A stretch of 64,000 nucleotides of DNA from an uncultured Anaerolineaceae bacterium (GCA_964386185.1 CAYLRJ010000033.1:100-64099); one strand, 5' to 3'. Counted from the stretch's first letter, positions 36,265 through 46,671 are shown. The notes: generated from the letters alone by a model not told the origin. A program made the numbers and translations.

Positions 36265-37536
36265 ATGTTGCGGCGACAGTGGTGGATGATCCTTGGGCTT
36301 TTGGCCGCGCTGTTGAGCGGCGCGGCTTTCCCCGCGCGCGCCGCGGCGCCTTCCCCCACGGTATCGCCGTCGCCCTTGGCCGAGGCTTCCCCGCCCGCCC
36401 CTGCAGGCGTGTGGGTCATCAACGCCCAGACCGTGCGTTGGGTGACCGACGTCACCACGCCTGCCGAGGCCATCCGGGCTGCGGGGCAGCGGGTTTCGCC
36501 CAAAACCCTCTTTTGGGTCAATGGCCAGCCGTGGGAAGCCGACCAGCCCCTGCCGGCGGCTGCCCCGCTGGTGGTGCAATGGCGCACCCCCACCACGGTG
36601 ACCTTGCAAGTCGCGCAAGCGCCGGTGATGTTTGAAAGCGACGCGCCGACGTGGGCCGCGGCGTTGTGGGGCGAAGGCTTGATATTGCATGCCGCCGACG
36701 TCTTAGACGTGGCGCTCTCAGCCTCGCCCTCTGACCACCCCCAGGCCGAGTTGCGCCTGGCCCGACCGGTGACGGCGCAAATCGTTGACCGAAAGGTGCA
36801 TCTTTACACCGCTGCCGATACCGTCGGCGAGGCCCTGGCCCAGGGCAACCTGGCGCCGCAAGGCTTAGATACCACCTCGCCGGCCGATACCGCGGCTGTG
36901 CCAGCCCAAAAACCCGTCGCCCTGCATTGGGTGCATGAGGCCATTGTCTTGCGGCAGGTGCCGGTGGCCTTCGAGACCAAAACCCAACCCTTGCCCGACC
37001 AGCCGTTAGATACCATCAAAGTGGTGCAGGAAGGCGCTTATGGGCTGCAAGTGCAGCGGGTGAGGGTGCGTTACGTGGACGGTCAGGAAGTGGACCGCAC
37101 CATCGAGGCCGCCTGGTTGGCCAAAGAGCCCCAACCCCGCATCGTGGGCTATGGCACGAAAATCGTCGAGCGGACCTTGGATACCCCCAACGGCCCCATC
37201 ACCTACTGGCGCGCAATCAAGGTGTACGCGACTTCCTATTCCCCTTGCCGCTTGGGGGTGGATTATTGCTCCCAGTGGACGGCCAGCGGCGCGCGCTTAC
37301 ACAAGGGCATTGTGGCCGTCACCCTGGCTTGGTATCGCTACATGGCTGGGCAGAAGGTCTATATTCCCGGATACGGCTTTGCCGTCATCGCAGACACCGG
37401 AGGAGGCATTCCCGGCAAGCCGTGGGTTGACTTGGGCTTTTCAGACGACGACTATGAGCCTTGGCATCAATGGGTGACAATGTATTTTCTGGCCCCGCCG
37501 CCACCGCCGGAGAAAATCCCGTGGATTCTCCCCTAA
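36265..37536 (+). CDS. Secreted G5-domain / 3D-domain protein (YabE/RpfB-like cell-wall protein)
   Basis: Signal peptide. G5-like VVQEGAYGLQVQRVRVRYVDGQEV and a 3D-domain-like C-terminus YATSYSPC...TASGARLHKGIVAV...GFAVIADTGGGI. Confidence 0.8.
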   Translation: MLRRQWWMILGLLAALLSGAAFPARAAAPSPTVSPSPLAEASPPAPAGVWVINAQTVRWVTDVTTPAEAIRAAGQRVSPKTLFWVNGQPWEADQPLPAAAPLVVQWRTPTTVTLQVAQAPVMFESDAPTWAAALWGEGLILHAADVLDVALSASPSDHPQAELRLARPVTAQIVDRKVHLYTAADTVGEALAQGNLAPQGLDTTSPADTAAVPAQKPVALHWVHEAIVLRQVPVAFETKTQPLPDQPLDTIKVVQEGAYGLQVQRVRVRYVDGQEVDRTIEAAWLAKEPQPRIVGYGTKIVERTLDTPNGPITYWRAIKVYATSYSPCRLGVDYCSQWTASGARLHKGIVAVTLAWYRYMAGQKVYIPGYGFAVIADTGGGIPGKPWVDLGFSDDDYEPWHQWVTMYFLAPPPPPEKIPWILP

Positions 37537-38384
37537 AACTTCCCTCGGTGCCGACCTTGTTGCGGCAATATGGCCTGCGCCCTGACCGACGGTTGGGACA
37601 AAACTTCCTGGTGAGCGAGGGGGCTTTGCGGCGGGTGGTGGCCGCGGCTGACCTTTCCGCAGACGACCAGGTGTTGGAAATCGGCCCGGGGGTGGGTAGT
37701 TTAACCGTTTTGCTGGCTCAGCAGGCCCGGCGTGTGGTGGCTGTCGAGTTAGACGAACGCTTGCGCCCCGTCTTGCAGGCGGTTTTGGCCCCCTATCCGC
37801 ATGTGCAGGTGCTGTTTGGGGATATTCTGGCTCAAGACGTGGCCGCCCTCATGGAAGGCCAGCCTTATAAAGTCGTGGCCAACATTCCCTATTACATCAC
37901 CTCGGCAGTGATTCGGCATTTGCTGACGGCCGCGGTGCGGCCCGAGCAATTGGTGTTGACGGTGCAGCGCGAGGTTGCCCAGCGCATCGTCGCGCGGCCG
38001 CCGCGGATGAGCCTGCTGGCGGTGAGTGTGCAAGTGTTTGGGGAGGCGCGCCAGGTCGCCCGGTTGCCCGCAGGGGCCTTTTATCCGCGCCCTAAGGTGG
38101 ATTCGGCCGTCGTGCGTCTGGATGTGGCGCCACAGCCTAAAATTCCTGAAACGCAGTTGGAAGCGTTTTTCCGCCTGGCTCGGGCTGGCTTTGGGCAACG
38201 CCGCAAAACCCTGCGCAACGCTTTGGCCGCGGGGTTGGGCTGGTCGCCCGCACAGGTGGAATTGTTGTTGCATGAGGCCGGCCTGGATCCCCATCGCCGC
38301 GCCGAAACTTTGGACCTTGAAGCCTGGGCCAGGCTCACCGCAGCCTATTGCGCCCGCGCGGCGGACGCTGGCTGCACGGCATGA
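37521..38384 (+). CDS. rsmA: 16S rRNA (adenine1518/1519-N6)-dimethyltransferase RsmA/KsgA
   Basis: RRLGQNFLV and the SAM motif VLEIGPGVGSLT. The GTG start at 37521 (after GGAG) is uncertain. The ORF is open from 37461. Confidence 0.8.
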   Translation: MDSPLKLPSVPTLLRQYGLRPDRRLGQNFLVSEGALRRVVAAADLSADDQVLEIGPGVGSLTVLLAQQARRVVAVELDERLRPVLQAVLAPYPHVQVLFGDILAQDVAALMEGQPYKVVANIPYYITSAVIRHLLTAAVRPEQLVLTVQREVAQRIVARPPRMSLLAVSVQVFGEARQVARLPAGAFYPRPKVDSAVVRLDVAPQPKIPETQLEAFFRLARAGFGQRRKTLRNALAAGLGWSPAQVELLLHEAGLDPHRRAETLDLEAWARLTAAYCARAADAGCTA

Positions 38385-38400
38385 GCCGGCCGGCAGGGGC

Positions 38401-38979
38401 TTAAGGGCCGGTCGTAATCAGGTCGCGGATGTCATCCAAGAGGCTGGGTCCGATGCCTTTGACCGCGGTCAGCTCGTCCACCGATTGAAACGGGCCGTAT
38501 GTGGTGCGGTAATCAATAATGCGTTGGGCTAAAACCGGGCCGATGTGGGGGAGGGTTTCCAGTTCTTCCAAAGTCGCGGTGTTGATGTTGATGCGGGGCG
38601 TGTTCCCGTGGGTTACCAGAGGGGCCACGGTGGGGGTGACGGGGGTGGTGCCGAGGGTGTCGTTTTGCGAGGGAACATACACTCGCATGCCGTCTTCGAG
38701 GCGCGCGGCCAAGTTGAGCGCGGTGGTGAGGGCTTGGGGGGTGGTGCCGCCGGCGGCTTGGAGGGCGTCGCGCACGCGGCTGCCCGCAGGCAGCGCGTAC
38801 ACGCCAGGATGGACGACGGCCCCTTCCACATCAACCCACAGGGGCGCTGGCGTAGGTGTGGGAGGCGGCGGGGATAGGGCAATGGGGGTGCCGCGTGGCG
38901 GCATAGCCACCCATACGGCAAGGCCTGCCAAGGCCACGCCCAATAAGATACCCAGGGCTAAATCCATCCAGCGTTGCAT
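38401..38979 (-). CDS. comEA: ComEA-type DNA-binding protein (SLBB + helix-hairpin-helix)
   Basis: N-terminal TM and VHPGVYALPAGSRVRDAL (SLBB). HhH motifs INTATLEELETLPHIGPVLAQRII and ELTAVKGIGPSLL. Confidence 0.8.
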   Translation of the reverse strand: MQRWMDLALGILLGVALAGLAVWVAMPPRGTPIALSPPPPTPTPAPLWVDVEGAVVHPGVYALPAGSRVRDALQAAGGTTPQALTTALNLAARLEDGMRVYVPSQNDTLGTTPVTPTVAPLVTHGNTPRININTATLEELETLPHIGPVLAQRIIDYRTTYGPFQSVDELTAVKGIGPSLLDDIRDLITTGP

Positions 38980-39229
38980 CGTTTCCCCCGCGGTGCAATC
39001 CTTGCGATGGTGGTAGTACGTTGAGTTTACCCGAAACGCAGCAGAATTTCAACAACCGTGAATCGCCTCGCGAAGGGCAAATTGGGCATGGCCGCTGAGG
39101 AAGGCAGCCCCCAGCCTGCTGCCACACCCGCACATGACGTTTGACACCCCTTTTCCCCTTGGCGGGCGGCGTATAATACCTATAGAGGCTTCGTTCGGCA
39201 CCTTGCCATTCAGTGAAAGGAGGCGAGTC

Positions 39230-40525
39230 ATGTCCAAGCAATTGGCAGTGCAGGATAAGGACGTCGCCACCGCCCTGGACTTTCTGCAAGCCCTGTTCGG
39301 CGACGTTCATCCCCGAGAGTTTGCCGTGCGTTTTTGGGATGGTTCCGTTTGGGAAGCCGAGACCGAAGAGCCTCGCTTCACCTTGGTGCTCAAACATCCG
39401 GGTGCGTTGCGTTTGATGTTTCGTGACCCTTCCAGCGATTTGAGTATGGGGGAAGCCTACATCTACGACGATTTTGACATCGAAGGCGATATTTTTGGCG
39501 TCTTCCCCTTGGCTGAGCAGATTATCGAATCGTCAGATTGGAGCGTGGGCGACCGCTTGCGCTTGCTCTCGATGCTGATGCGTCTTCCCAAAGGGGAAGC
39601 AGAGCGCGAACGACGGCGCGCCGCCCAATTGCACGGCAAGCGCCATAGCATTGCCCGCGATCGGGAAGCCATCCGCTACCATTACGACGTCCCCAGCGAG
39701 TTTTATGCCCTCTGGCTGGACCGCCAAATGGTGTACTCGTGCGCGTACTTCCAGACCGGCGAAGAAGATATTGATACGGCCCAAGCCCAAAAACTGGATT
39801 ACCTGTGTCGCAAACTGCGTTTGCAGCCGGGTGAGCGTCTGTTGGATATTGGCTGCGGTTGGGGGGCTTTGGTCATCCACGCGGCCAAAACCTACGGCGT
39901 GGAAGCCCTCGGCATCACCCTGAGCGAAAACCAATATCGTTGGGCCAACGAGCGCATCAAGGAAGAGGGCCTGGAAGGCCGGGCACGAGTGGAACTTTTG
40001 GATTATCGCGAACTCAACGAGCCCGAGGGATTTGATAAATTGGTCAGCGTGGGCATGTTTGAACACGTAGGCGAGGAAATGCTGCCGGTGTATTTCCAGC
40101 AGGCCTTGAAGTTGCTCAAACCGGGGGGCGTTTTCCTCAACCACGGCATTGCCCGCAACGCCAACGTGCCTTGGGAGCGTAACACCTTTGGCGACAAATA
40201 TGTCTTCCCCGATGGTGAGTTGGTGCCCATTTGGCTGACCCTCAAAGTTGCTCAGGAAGCGGGCTTTGAGGTGCGCGATGTGGAAAGCCTGCGCGAGCAT
40301 TACGCGCTGACGCTGGAGCATTGGGTGCGCCGCCTGGAAGCCCACCACGACGAGGCCGTGCAGATTGCCGACGAAACCACCTATCGCATCTGGCGCTTGT
40401 TCATGGCTGGCTCATCGTACAATTTCTGGAGGGGGCGCCACGAAATTTACCAAACTTTGCTGGTAAAATCGGAAGGTGGCCCCAGCGGTTTGCCGTGGAC
40501 CAGAGCCGACTGGTATTGTCGGTGA
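39230..40525 (+). CDS. cfa: Cyclopropane-fatty-acyl-phospholipid synthase family SAM methyltransferase
   Basis: SD AGGAGG. HYDVPSEFYALWLD...YSCAYF and the SAM motif LLDIGCGWGAL are typical of the CFA synthase family. Confidence 0.85.
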   Translation: MSKQLAVQDKDVATALDFLQALFGDVHPREFAVRFWDGSVWEAETEEPRFTLVLKHPGALRLMFRDPSSDLSMGEAYIYDDFDIEGDIFGVFPLAEQIIESSDWSVGDRLRLLSMLMRLPKGEAERERRRAAQLHGKRHSIARDREAIRYHYDVPSEFYALWLDRQMVYSCAYFQTGEEDIDTAQAQKLDYLCRKLRLQPGERLLDIGCGWGALVIHAAKTYGVEALGITLSENQYRWANERIKEEGLEGRARVELLDYRELNEPEGFDKLVSVGMFEHVGEEMLPVYFQQALKLLKPGGVFLNHGIARNANVPWERNTFGDKYVFPDGELVPIWLTLKVAQEAGFEVRDVESLREHYALTLEHWVRRLEAHHDEAVQIADETTYRIWRLFMAGSSYNFWRGRHEIYQTLLVKSEGGPSGLPWTRADWYCR

Positions 40526-40539
40526 GCACAAGCCAGGGT

Positions 40540-40574
40540 TTCGGGGCGCCACAGAGCGCCCCGAAGTGATTTCT
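40540..40574 (+). terminator. Hairpin downstream of cfa (possible terminator)
   Basis: Perfect 10-bp stem ttcggggcgc/gcgccccgaa with only a weak U-tract (gtgatttct). Confidence 0.45.
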
Positions 40575-40691
40575 GGGCGATTGCGTCTGCATCGCCCTGG
40601 GCGGTCACCCCCGCCGGCAAACCCCGCGCCACGCGCCTCGGGGCCCAACACCCCGAGGCGGATTTCCCCAGTGATGGGTTTCAAGGTGAGC

Positions 40692-41546
40692 ATGATGCCC
40701 AAAGTGCGCATTGTCACAGATAGCACCGCAGACTTGCCCCCCGCGCTGCTGGCGCGTTACAACATTGACGTTGTCCCGGCTGTGGTGGTGGTCAATGGCC
40801 AGGAACACCTCGACGGCGCGGGCCTCTCGCGAGAGGCGTTTTATCGCCAATTGCCCACCATGTCGCCATTGCCGACCACCGCAGCCCCTTCGGTGGGGAT
40901 GTTTGAGGCCGCGTATGCGCAAGCGCTGGAAAAAGCCGAAGCGGTGGTTGCCGTGCATTGCGCCAGTAGCCTCAGCAGCATTTATCAACACGCGTGCTTG
41001 GCTGCTGAAAAATTTGCGGGGCGGGTTCACGTCGTAGATAGTGGGCAGTTGACCTTGGGCATTGGCTTTCAAGCCCTGGCAGCGGCCGAAGCGGCCGCGC
41101 GGGGCGGCGACGTCGCAGAAGCCTTGGCCGCAGTGGAAGCCATCCGCACCCGCGTGCGTTTGATCGCCATGCTCGACACCCTGGAGTTCCTGCGGCGCAG
41201 TGGGCGGGTTTCGTGGGCCAAAGCCCGTTTGGGCTCATTGTTGCGCATCAAACCTTTTTTGGAAGTGCGCCACGGCGAGGTGTTGAGCCTGCCCGCAGTG
41301 CGCACTCGCAGAAAAGGGTTGGCCCACTTGGCCGAACACCTGCGGGCTTTGGGCCCCTTGGACTATCTGGCCGTTTTGCACACCGGCGCCGAAGACGACG
41401 CGCGCGCTTTGCTCGCCGCGGCCGATACCAGCGCCCTGCGCCTGCAACCGTTGGTGGTGTTTGTGACCACCGTAATTGGCACCCACGTGGGCCCTAACGG
41501 CGTGGGCTTTGTAGCCGTGCCTCGTGAGACCGCCCAGGGGGCATGA
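40692..41546 (+). CDS. degV: DegV-family fatty-acid-binding protein
   Basis: MMPKVRIVTDSTADLP... is a canonical DegV start. SD AAGGTGA precedes it. The ORF-track extension from 40476 was rejected. Confidence 0.85.
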   Translation: MMPKVRIVTDSTADLPPALLARYNIDVVPAVVVVNGQEHLDGAGLSREAFYRQLPTMSPLPTTAAPSVGMFEAAYAQALEKAEAVVAVHCASSLSSIYQHACLAAEKFAGRVHVVDSGQLTLGIGFQALAAAEAAARGGDVAEALAAVEAIRTRVRLIAMLDTLEFLRRSGRVSWAKARLGSLLRIKPFLEVRHGEVLSLPAVRTRRKGLAHLAEHLRALGPLDYLAVLHTGAEDDARALLAAADTSALRLQPLVVFVTTVIGTHVGPNGVGFVAVPRETAQGA

Positions 41547-41583
41547 AAATATCAGAGTTTTGTTAGAAACGCCGTAAGCAGGG

Positions 41584-41612
41584 TTGACTTCCCCCTTCAA
41601 GACGGGTAAGAT
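41584..41612 (+). promoter_or_regulatory. Sigma70-type promoter of groEL
   Basis: TTGACT - 17 nt - TAAGAT. Confidence 0.6.
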
Positions 41613-41622
41613 AAAAGCGCAA

Positions 41623-41649
41623 TTAGCACTCTCGAGCAAAGAGTGCTAA
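41623..41649 (+). promoter_or_regulatory. CIRCE operator (HrcA binding site)
   Basis: Perfect TTAGCACTC-N9-GAGTGCTAA immediately downstream of the promoter. Confidence 0.9.
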
Positions 41650-41726
41650 ACCCTTTGTTTCGCAAACACGGCGTGGCTTGGTGCATTTTTGGCCGCGCCT
41701 CAAATCCCACAGCAAGGAGTGAGACC

Positions 41727-43355
41727 ATGACGGCTAAGCAAATTATTTTCGGCGATGAAGCCCGACAAAAACTCCAGCGTGGTGTGGACGTTTTGGCTCG
41801 CGCTGTCGCGACCACTTTGGGCCCCAAAGGGCGCAATGTGGCTTTAGATCGCAAATTCGGTTCCCCTTCCATCACCCACGACGGCGTTTCCGTGGCGAAG
41901 GAAATCGAACTGGAAGATCCCTTTGAAAACATGGGTGCCCAGTTGCTGAAGGAAGCCGCGACCAAAACCAATGACATCGCGGGTGACGGCACCACGACCT
42001 CCACGGTCTTGGCCCATGCCATCGTGACCGAAGGCATGAAAGCCCTGGCTGCTGGCGCCAACGCCATGCTCCTCAAGCGCGGCATCGAAAGCGCTGCCAA
42101 GGCGGTTTCCGACAAAATCGCCGACCAGGCCATCGAAATCAAGACCAAAGAAGAAATGGCCCATGTGGCTTCCATTTCGGCCCAAGACAAGGAAATCGGC
42201 GAACTCATCGCGGAAGTTTTCGACAAAGTCGGCAACGATGGCGTGATTACCGTCGAAGAATCCAAGGGCATGGAATTCGAAACCGAATACGTCGAAGGTA
42301 TGCAGTTTGACCGCGGCTACATCTCGCCCTACTTCATCACCGACCCCGAACACATGGAAGCCGTGGTCGAAGAGCCCTACATCCTCTTGCACGACAAGAA
42401 GATCTCGGCCGCACAGGATATTGTGCCCATCCTCGAGAAACTGGTGCAGATTGGGAAGCGCGACCTGGTCATCATCGCGGAAGACGTGGACGGCGAAGCC
42501 CTGGCCACCTTGGTGCTCAACAAACTGCGCGGCATGTTGAATGTGTTGGCCGTCAAAGCGCCGGGCTTTGGTGACCGCCGCAAAGCCATGCTGCAAGACA
42601 TCGCGATCTTGACCGGCGGCACGGTGATTTCCGAAGAAACCGGCCGCAAGTTGGAAAGCGCCACCATTGACGATTTGGGCCGTGCGGAAAAGGTGGTCTC
42701 CACCAAAGAAGAAACCACCATCGTGGGCGGCAAAGGTGACCCCAAGGCCATCGAAGCCCGCATTGAGCAAATTCGGGTTGAAATCGAACGCGCTACCAGC
42801 GACTACGACCGCGAAAAACTGCAGGAACGCTTGGCCAAACTGGCCGGTGGTGTGGCGGTCATCCGCGTGGGCGCAGCCACCGAAACCGAACTGAAAGAAA
42901 AGAAACATCGCGTGGAAGACGCGGTTTCCGCAACCCGCGCCGCAGTGGAAGAGGGCATCGTGCCCGGTGGCGGCGTGGCCCTGTTGAACGCCAGCAGCGT
43001 CTTGGACGACGTGAAGATGGACAACGAAGACGCACAAATGGGCGTCAACATCGTGCGCAAAGCCTTGCTGATGCCCATGCGCCTGATTGCCGAAAACGCT
43101 GGCTTGGATGGCGCGGTGATCGTTGACACGGTCCGCCGCCTGCAACAGGAAAAGAAGAACGACCACATCGGCTTCAACGTCCTGACGGGCGAATACGAAG
43201 ACATGATCAAAGCCGGTGTGATTGACCCCGCCAAGGTGACCAAGGGTGCGCTGGAGAACGCTGCTTCCATCGCGGCCATGATCCTGACCACCGAAGCCCT
43301 GATCACCGAAATTCCGGAAGAAAAACCGGCGACCCCGCCGATGCCGGAATACTAA
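41727..43355 (+). CDS. groEL: Chaperonin GroEL (60 kDa)
   Basis: [24 protein letters not shown]...AGDGTTT... with SD AAGGAG. No groES lies upstream. Confidence 0.97.
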   Translation: MTAKQIIFGDEARQKLQRGVDVLARAVATTLGPKGRNVALDRKFGSPSITHDGVSVAKEIELEDPFENMGAQLLKEAATKTNDIAGDGTTTSTVLAHAIVTEGMKALAAGANAMLLKRGIESAAKAVSDKIADQAIEIKTKEEMAHVASISAQDKEIGELIAEVFDKVGNDGVITVEESKGMEFETEYVEGMQFDRGYISPYFITDPEHMEAVVEEPYILLHDKKISAAQDIVPILEKLVQIGKRDLVIIAEDVDGEALATLVLNKLRGMLNVLAVKAPGFGDRRKAMLQDIAILTGGTVISEETGRKLESATIDDLGRAEKVVSTKEETTIVGGKGDPKAIEARIEQIRVEIERATSDYDREKLQERLAKLAGGVAVIRVGAATETELKEKKHRVEDAVSATRAAVEEGIVPGGGVALLNASSVLDDVKMDNEDAQMGVNIVRKALLMPMRLIAENAGLDGAVIVDTVRRLQQEKKNDHIGFNVLTGEYEDMIKAGVIDPAKVTKGALENAASIAAMILTTEALITEIPEEKPATPPMPEY

Positions 43356-43376
43356 ACCACCCTTGAGCGACGCTCA

Positions 43377-43412
43377 CCCCCGCAGGTCTTACGGCCTGCG
43401 GGGGTTTCTTTT
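43377..43412 (+). terminator. Rho-independent terminator after groEL
   Basis: 10-bp stem cccccgcagg/cctgcggggg followed by tttctttt. Confidence 0.8.
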
Positions 43413-43515
43413 AGCGGCTGCGCAGGTTCCCAGGGCGAGGGCAGGGCCTCATACCGCTGTGGGCGCGCTGCACCGCGCCCACGGCCGCGCGGCGCATCTG
43501 CAGAGGCCGTGCTCA

Positions 43516-43524
43516 TGGTAAAAT
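43516..43524 (+). promoter_or_regulatory. Extended -10 promoter TGGTAAAAT upstream of recG
   Basis: Read directly. The ATG at 43533 is 8 nt downstream with no SD. Confidence 0.5.
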
Positions 43525-43532
43525 ATCTTCCT

Positions 43533-46085
43533 ATGAAAACTCAACCCAGCGTGGAAAAACTGCATAAATTTTTCAGTTTGGAAGCCCAACGCGGCTACGA
43601 CAACGGCGCGGTGATGGGGGGCTTGGCTCGGATGTTGGAAAATTGGGAGGCCGAAGCCCGGGCCGACGGCATCCCCGAGGAAATCATCCGCGCGGTCAGC
43701 AGCCGTTTACGCGATTACGAACGCCTTTCGCCGGCCTCGCGGGCCGAAGTGTTGCGCGGCTTGTGGCAGCGCATCCAGCGCAGCCTGGCGTTGCCGGCTG
43801 AAATGGCGCTGCCCTCGGAAGGGGGCGCGGGGGCCAAGGCGCCCGCGCGGAGCACCGCGGCGCCGGCAGCCGCTCAGGCCAAAGCCAAGCCAACGAGCCC
43901 TCCTTCCCCCTCGCAGCGCGCAACGCCCCAGGCGACCGCAACAACCGCTCGCACCCCCCACGCGCCGGCGGCTTCCGCTTCCCCTCCGGTGGCGCCCCTG
44001 CCCCTGGAGGCCTTCCAAAAACCGGTCACCGTGGTGCCCGACGTGGGCCCTCGCCGGGCTAAAACCCTCGCCCGCTTGGGTATCACCACCCTGGAAGATT
44101 TGCTCTACCACTTCCCGCGGCGCTACGACGATTACAGCCTCTGCAAGCCCATCCGCCAATTGCGTTACGGCGAGCAGGTGACCGTGGTCGGCACGGTGGA
44201 AAAAATTGTGGTACGGCAATTGCACGGGGGAAAACGGCAAATGGTGGAAGCCTTTGTGGGCGACGGCAGCGCGACCCTGCGGGTGACATGGTTCAACCAG
44301 ACCTGGATTGCCGACCGGCTGCGCAAAGGGATGGCCGTGGCGTTGGCCGGCAAGGTGGACCAGTATCTGGGGCGGTTGGTGCTCAATAACCCAGAATGGG
44401 AGCCTCTGGACGAGGAGCAACTGAGCACCAAACGCATCGTGCCGGTCTATCCGCTGACGGCCAAGATTACCCAGCGCTGGATGCGGCGCTTGATGCACCA
44501 GGTGGTGAGCCAATGGGCTCCGCGGATGCCCGACCCCCTGCCCCCGGCAATCCGCACCGCGGCCGGCTTGCCCGATTTGCCCACCGCGCTGCAACAAATC
44601 CACTTCCCTACCTCGTGGGATGATTTGCACGCCGCCCAACGGCGTTTGGCTTTTGACGAGGTCTTCTTGTTGCAATTGGGCGTTTTGCGTCAGCGTGAGG
44701 CCTGGCGCCAACGCACAGCCCGCACCTTTACAGTGGATGACGCCTGGCTCGAAGCCCAAATGAGCCGCCTGCCCTTTACGCTTACGCGTGCCCAACGCCG
44801 CGCGCTGGAAGACATCCGCCAGGATTTGGCCTCAGGCCACCCCATGAACCGCTTGCTCCAGGGCGATGTGGGCTCGGGGAAGACCGTGGTCGCCGCCTTG
44901 GCCATGGGGATGGTGGTGAAAGCAGGCTCGCAGGCAGCCTTGATGGCCCCCACGGCCATCTTGGCCGAGCAGCATTATCGCACCCTGCGGCGTCTGCTGG
45001 CCGAAGAAAGCGGTTTGCTCGGCGAGGGGCAAATTCGCCTTTTGGTGGGCAACACCCCCGCGGCCGAGCGGCGGGAGATTTTGGCCGGCCTGGCCGCGGG
45101 CGAAGTCAAGGTTTTGGTGGGCACCCATGCCCTTTTGGAAGAGCCCGTCCAGTTTGCGGATTTGCAACTGGCTGTCATTGACGAGCAACATCGCTTTGGC
45201 GTGCGACAGCGCGCCCGCCTGCGCGCCAAAGGCGAACACACCCACATCTTGGTGATGACAGCCACGCCGATTCCTCGCTCATTGGCGCTCACCATCTACG
45301 GCGATTTGGATTTGACCGTGATGGACGAGATGCCGCCCGGGCGGCAGCCCGTGGGCACGTATTTGCTCATGCCGCGCGAGCGCGAACGGGCTTATCGGCT
45401 GATTCGGCGCGAAATCGAAGCAGGGCATCAAGCCTTCATCATCTACCCCCTCATCGAGCCCAGCGAGGCGCTGGAAAACACCCCCGCGGCCGTGCCCGCG
45501 TATCAGCGGCTTCAGGAAGAGGTCTTCCCCGATTTGCAAATCGGCTTGCTGCATGGGAAAATGAAGCCCGACGAAAAGGACGCGATCATGGCTCGCTTCC
45601 GCGATGGCGCGTTCCAGATTTTGGTCTCGACCCCGGTTGTGGAAGTGGGCGTGGATGTTCCCAACGCGACGGTGATGTTGATTGAAGGCGCCAATCGTTT
45701 TGGGCTGGCACAGCTCCACCAGTTTCGCGGGCGGGTTGGCCGTGGCGGTCACCAGGCTTATTGCATTCTCATCCCCGAAACCGAAAACGCAGCCGAAGAA
45801 AACGAGCGCCTGCGGGCTTTGGTCGAGACCAACGACGGCTTCGTCTTGGCCGAAAAAGATTTACAACAGCGCGGCCCTGGCGAATTTTTTGGCACCCGCC
45901 AATCGGGCTTTGGCTTTACCCGGCTGCGCATGGCCAATTTGTTAGACGTCCATCTGATTGAGCAAGCCCGCAACCTTTCTCAGCAGGTCATCGCCCAGGA
46001 TGCCACCCTGGAACACCCCGAACATCGCCTGCTGGCCCAGCGCCTCGAAGCGTTTTGGGCTGAAGGCCAAGGAGAGATGAGTTAA
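43533..46085 (+). CDS. recG: ATP-dependent DNA helicase RecG with ~155-aa N-terminal extension
   Basis: Wedge-region start ...VGPRRAKTLARLGITTLEDLLYHFPRRY. Helicase motifs GDVGSGKT and DEQHRFG. Start chosen at MKTQPS. Confidence 0.9.
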   Translation: MKTQPSVEKLHKFFSLEAQRGYDNGAVMGGLARMLENWEAEARADGIPEEIIRAVSSRLRDYERLSPASRAEVLRGLWQRIQRSLALPAEMALPSEGGAGAKAPARSTAAPAAAQAKAKPTSPPSPSQRATPQATATTARTPHAPAASASPPVAPLPLEAFQKPVTVVPDVGPRRAKTLARLGITTLEDLLYHFPRRYDDYSLCKPIRQLRYGEQVTVVGTVEKIVVRQLHGGKRQMVEAFVGDGSATLRVTWFNQTWIADRLRKGMAVALAGKVDQYLGRLVLNNPEWEPLDEEQLSTKRIVPVYPLTAKITQRWMRRLMHQVVSQWAPRMPDPLPPAIRTAAGLPDLPTALQQIHFPTSWDDLHAAQRRLAFDEVFLLQLGVLRQREAWRQRTARTFTVDDAWLEAQMSRLPFTLTRAQRRALEDIRQDLASGHPMNRLLQGDVGSGKTVVAALAMGMVVKAGSQAALMAPTAILAEQHYRTLRRLLAEESGLLGEGQIRLLVGNTPAAERREILAGLAAGEVKVLVGTHALLEEPVQFADLQLAVIDEQHRFGVRQRARLRAKGEHTHILVMTATPIPRSLALTIYGDLDLTVMDEMPPGRQPVGTYLLMPRERERAYRLIRREIEAGHQAFIIYPLIEPSEALENTPAAVPAYQRLQEEVFPDLQIGLLHGKMKPDEKDAIMARFRDGAFQILVSTPVVEVGVDVPNATVMLIEGANRFGLAQLHQFRGRVGRGGHQAYCILIPETENAAEENERLRALVETNDGFVLAEKDLQQRGPGEFFGTRQSGFGFTRLRMANLLDVHLIEQARNLSQQVIAQDATLEHPEHRLLAQRLEAFWAEGQGEMS

Positions 46086-46609
46086 TGGTCAAAGCCATCT
46101 TCCCCGGCAGTTTCGACCCCATTCACTATGGCCACATTGACATTGCCTTGCGGGCTGCGCAATTGTTCGATGAGGTCGTTGTGGCGGTGTATGATCGCCC
46201 CCTGAAACACCTCATCTTTTCCCCCGCGGAGCGCATTGCCCTGGTCGAAGAGGCCTTCCGGGGGCACGAGCGCATCAGTGTGATGGGCTACAGCGGCCTC
46301 ACCGTAGAGTTTTGCCATCAAATTGGCGCACAAGTGATTGTGCGAGGGCTGCGGGTGTTTTCGGACTTTGAGAACGAATTTCGGATGGCGCTGGCCAACC
46401 GCCGTTTGGCCCCCGACATTGAAATGGTCATGCTCATCACCAACGAAGAGCACACGTTCCTCTCTTCGACCACGGTGCGCGAAATCGCTTCCCTGGGTGG
46501 CGATGTCAGCACCATGGTGCCGCCCCATGTGGCCGAAGCTTTGGAAGCCCGCTTTGCCCAAATGAGCGAAAGCCAGCAGTGGAGCCATATGAAATCTCTG
46601 CGCGATTAG
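46085..46609 (+). CDS. coaD: Phosphopantetheine adenylyltransferase
   Basis: AIFPGSFDPIHYGHIDI (T/HxGH motif). TAATG overlap with the recG stop. Confidence 0.9.
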   Translation: MVKAIFPGSFDPIHYGHIDIALRAAQLFDEVVVAVYDRPLKHLIFSPAERIALVEEAFRGHERISVMGYSGLTVEFCHQIGAQVIVRGLRVFSDFENEFRMALANRRLAPDIEMVMLITNEEHTFLSSTTVREIASLGGDVSTMVPPHVAEALEARFAQMSESQQWSHMKSLRD

Positions 46610-46671
46610 CCCCCCCGCACGTCGGTGCAGGTTCCGAAACGCCCAGGTGTTTTGACTTCAGCACCACGCGC

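Noticed and set aside
38980-39229. Possible ncRNA in the comEA-cfa divergent intergenic region (and in 18303-18537 upstream of ychF)
   Set aside because: These regions hold only promoter-like elements (a TATAAT at 39173-39178) and GC-rich stretches with no convincing conserved structure. They cannot be evaluated without comparative data.
41844-43166. 440-aa minus-strand ORF antisense to groEL (similar cases: 31866-32948 antisense to TPR1, 20065-20835 antisense to pepF, 43707-44795 antisense to recG)
   Set aside because: These lie opposite unquestionable housekeeping genes. Their composition is shadow-ORF-like.
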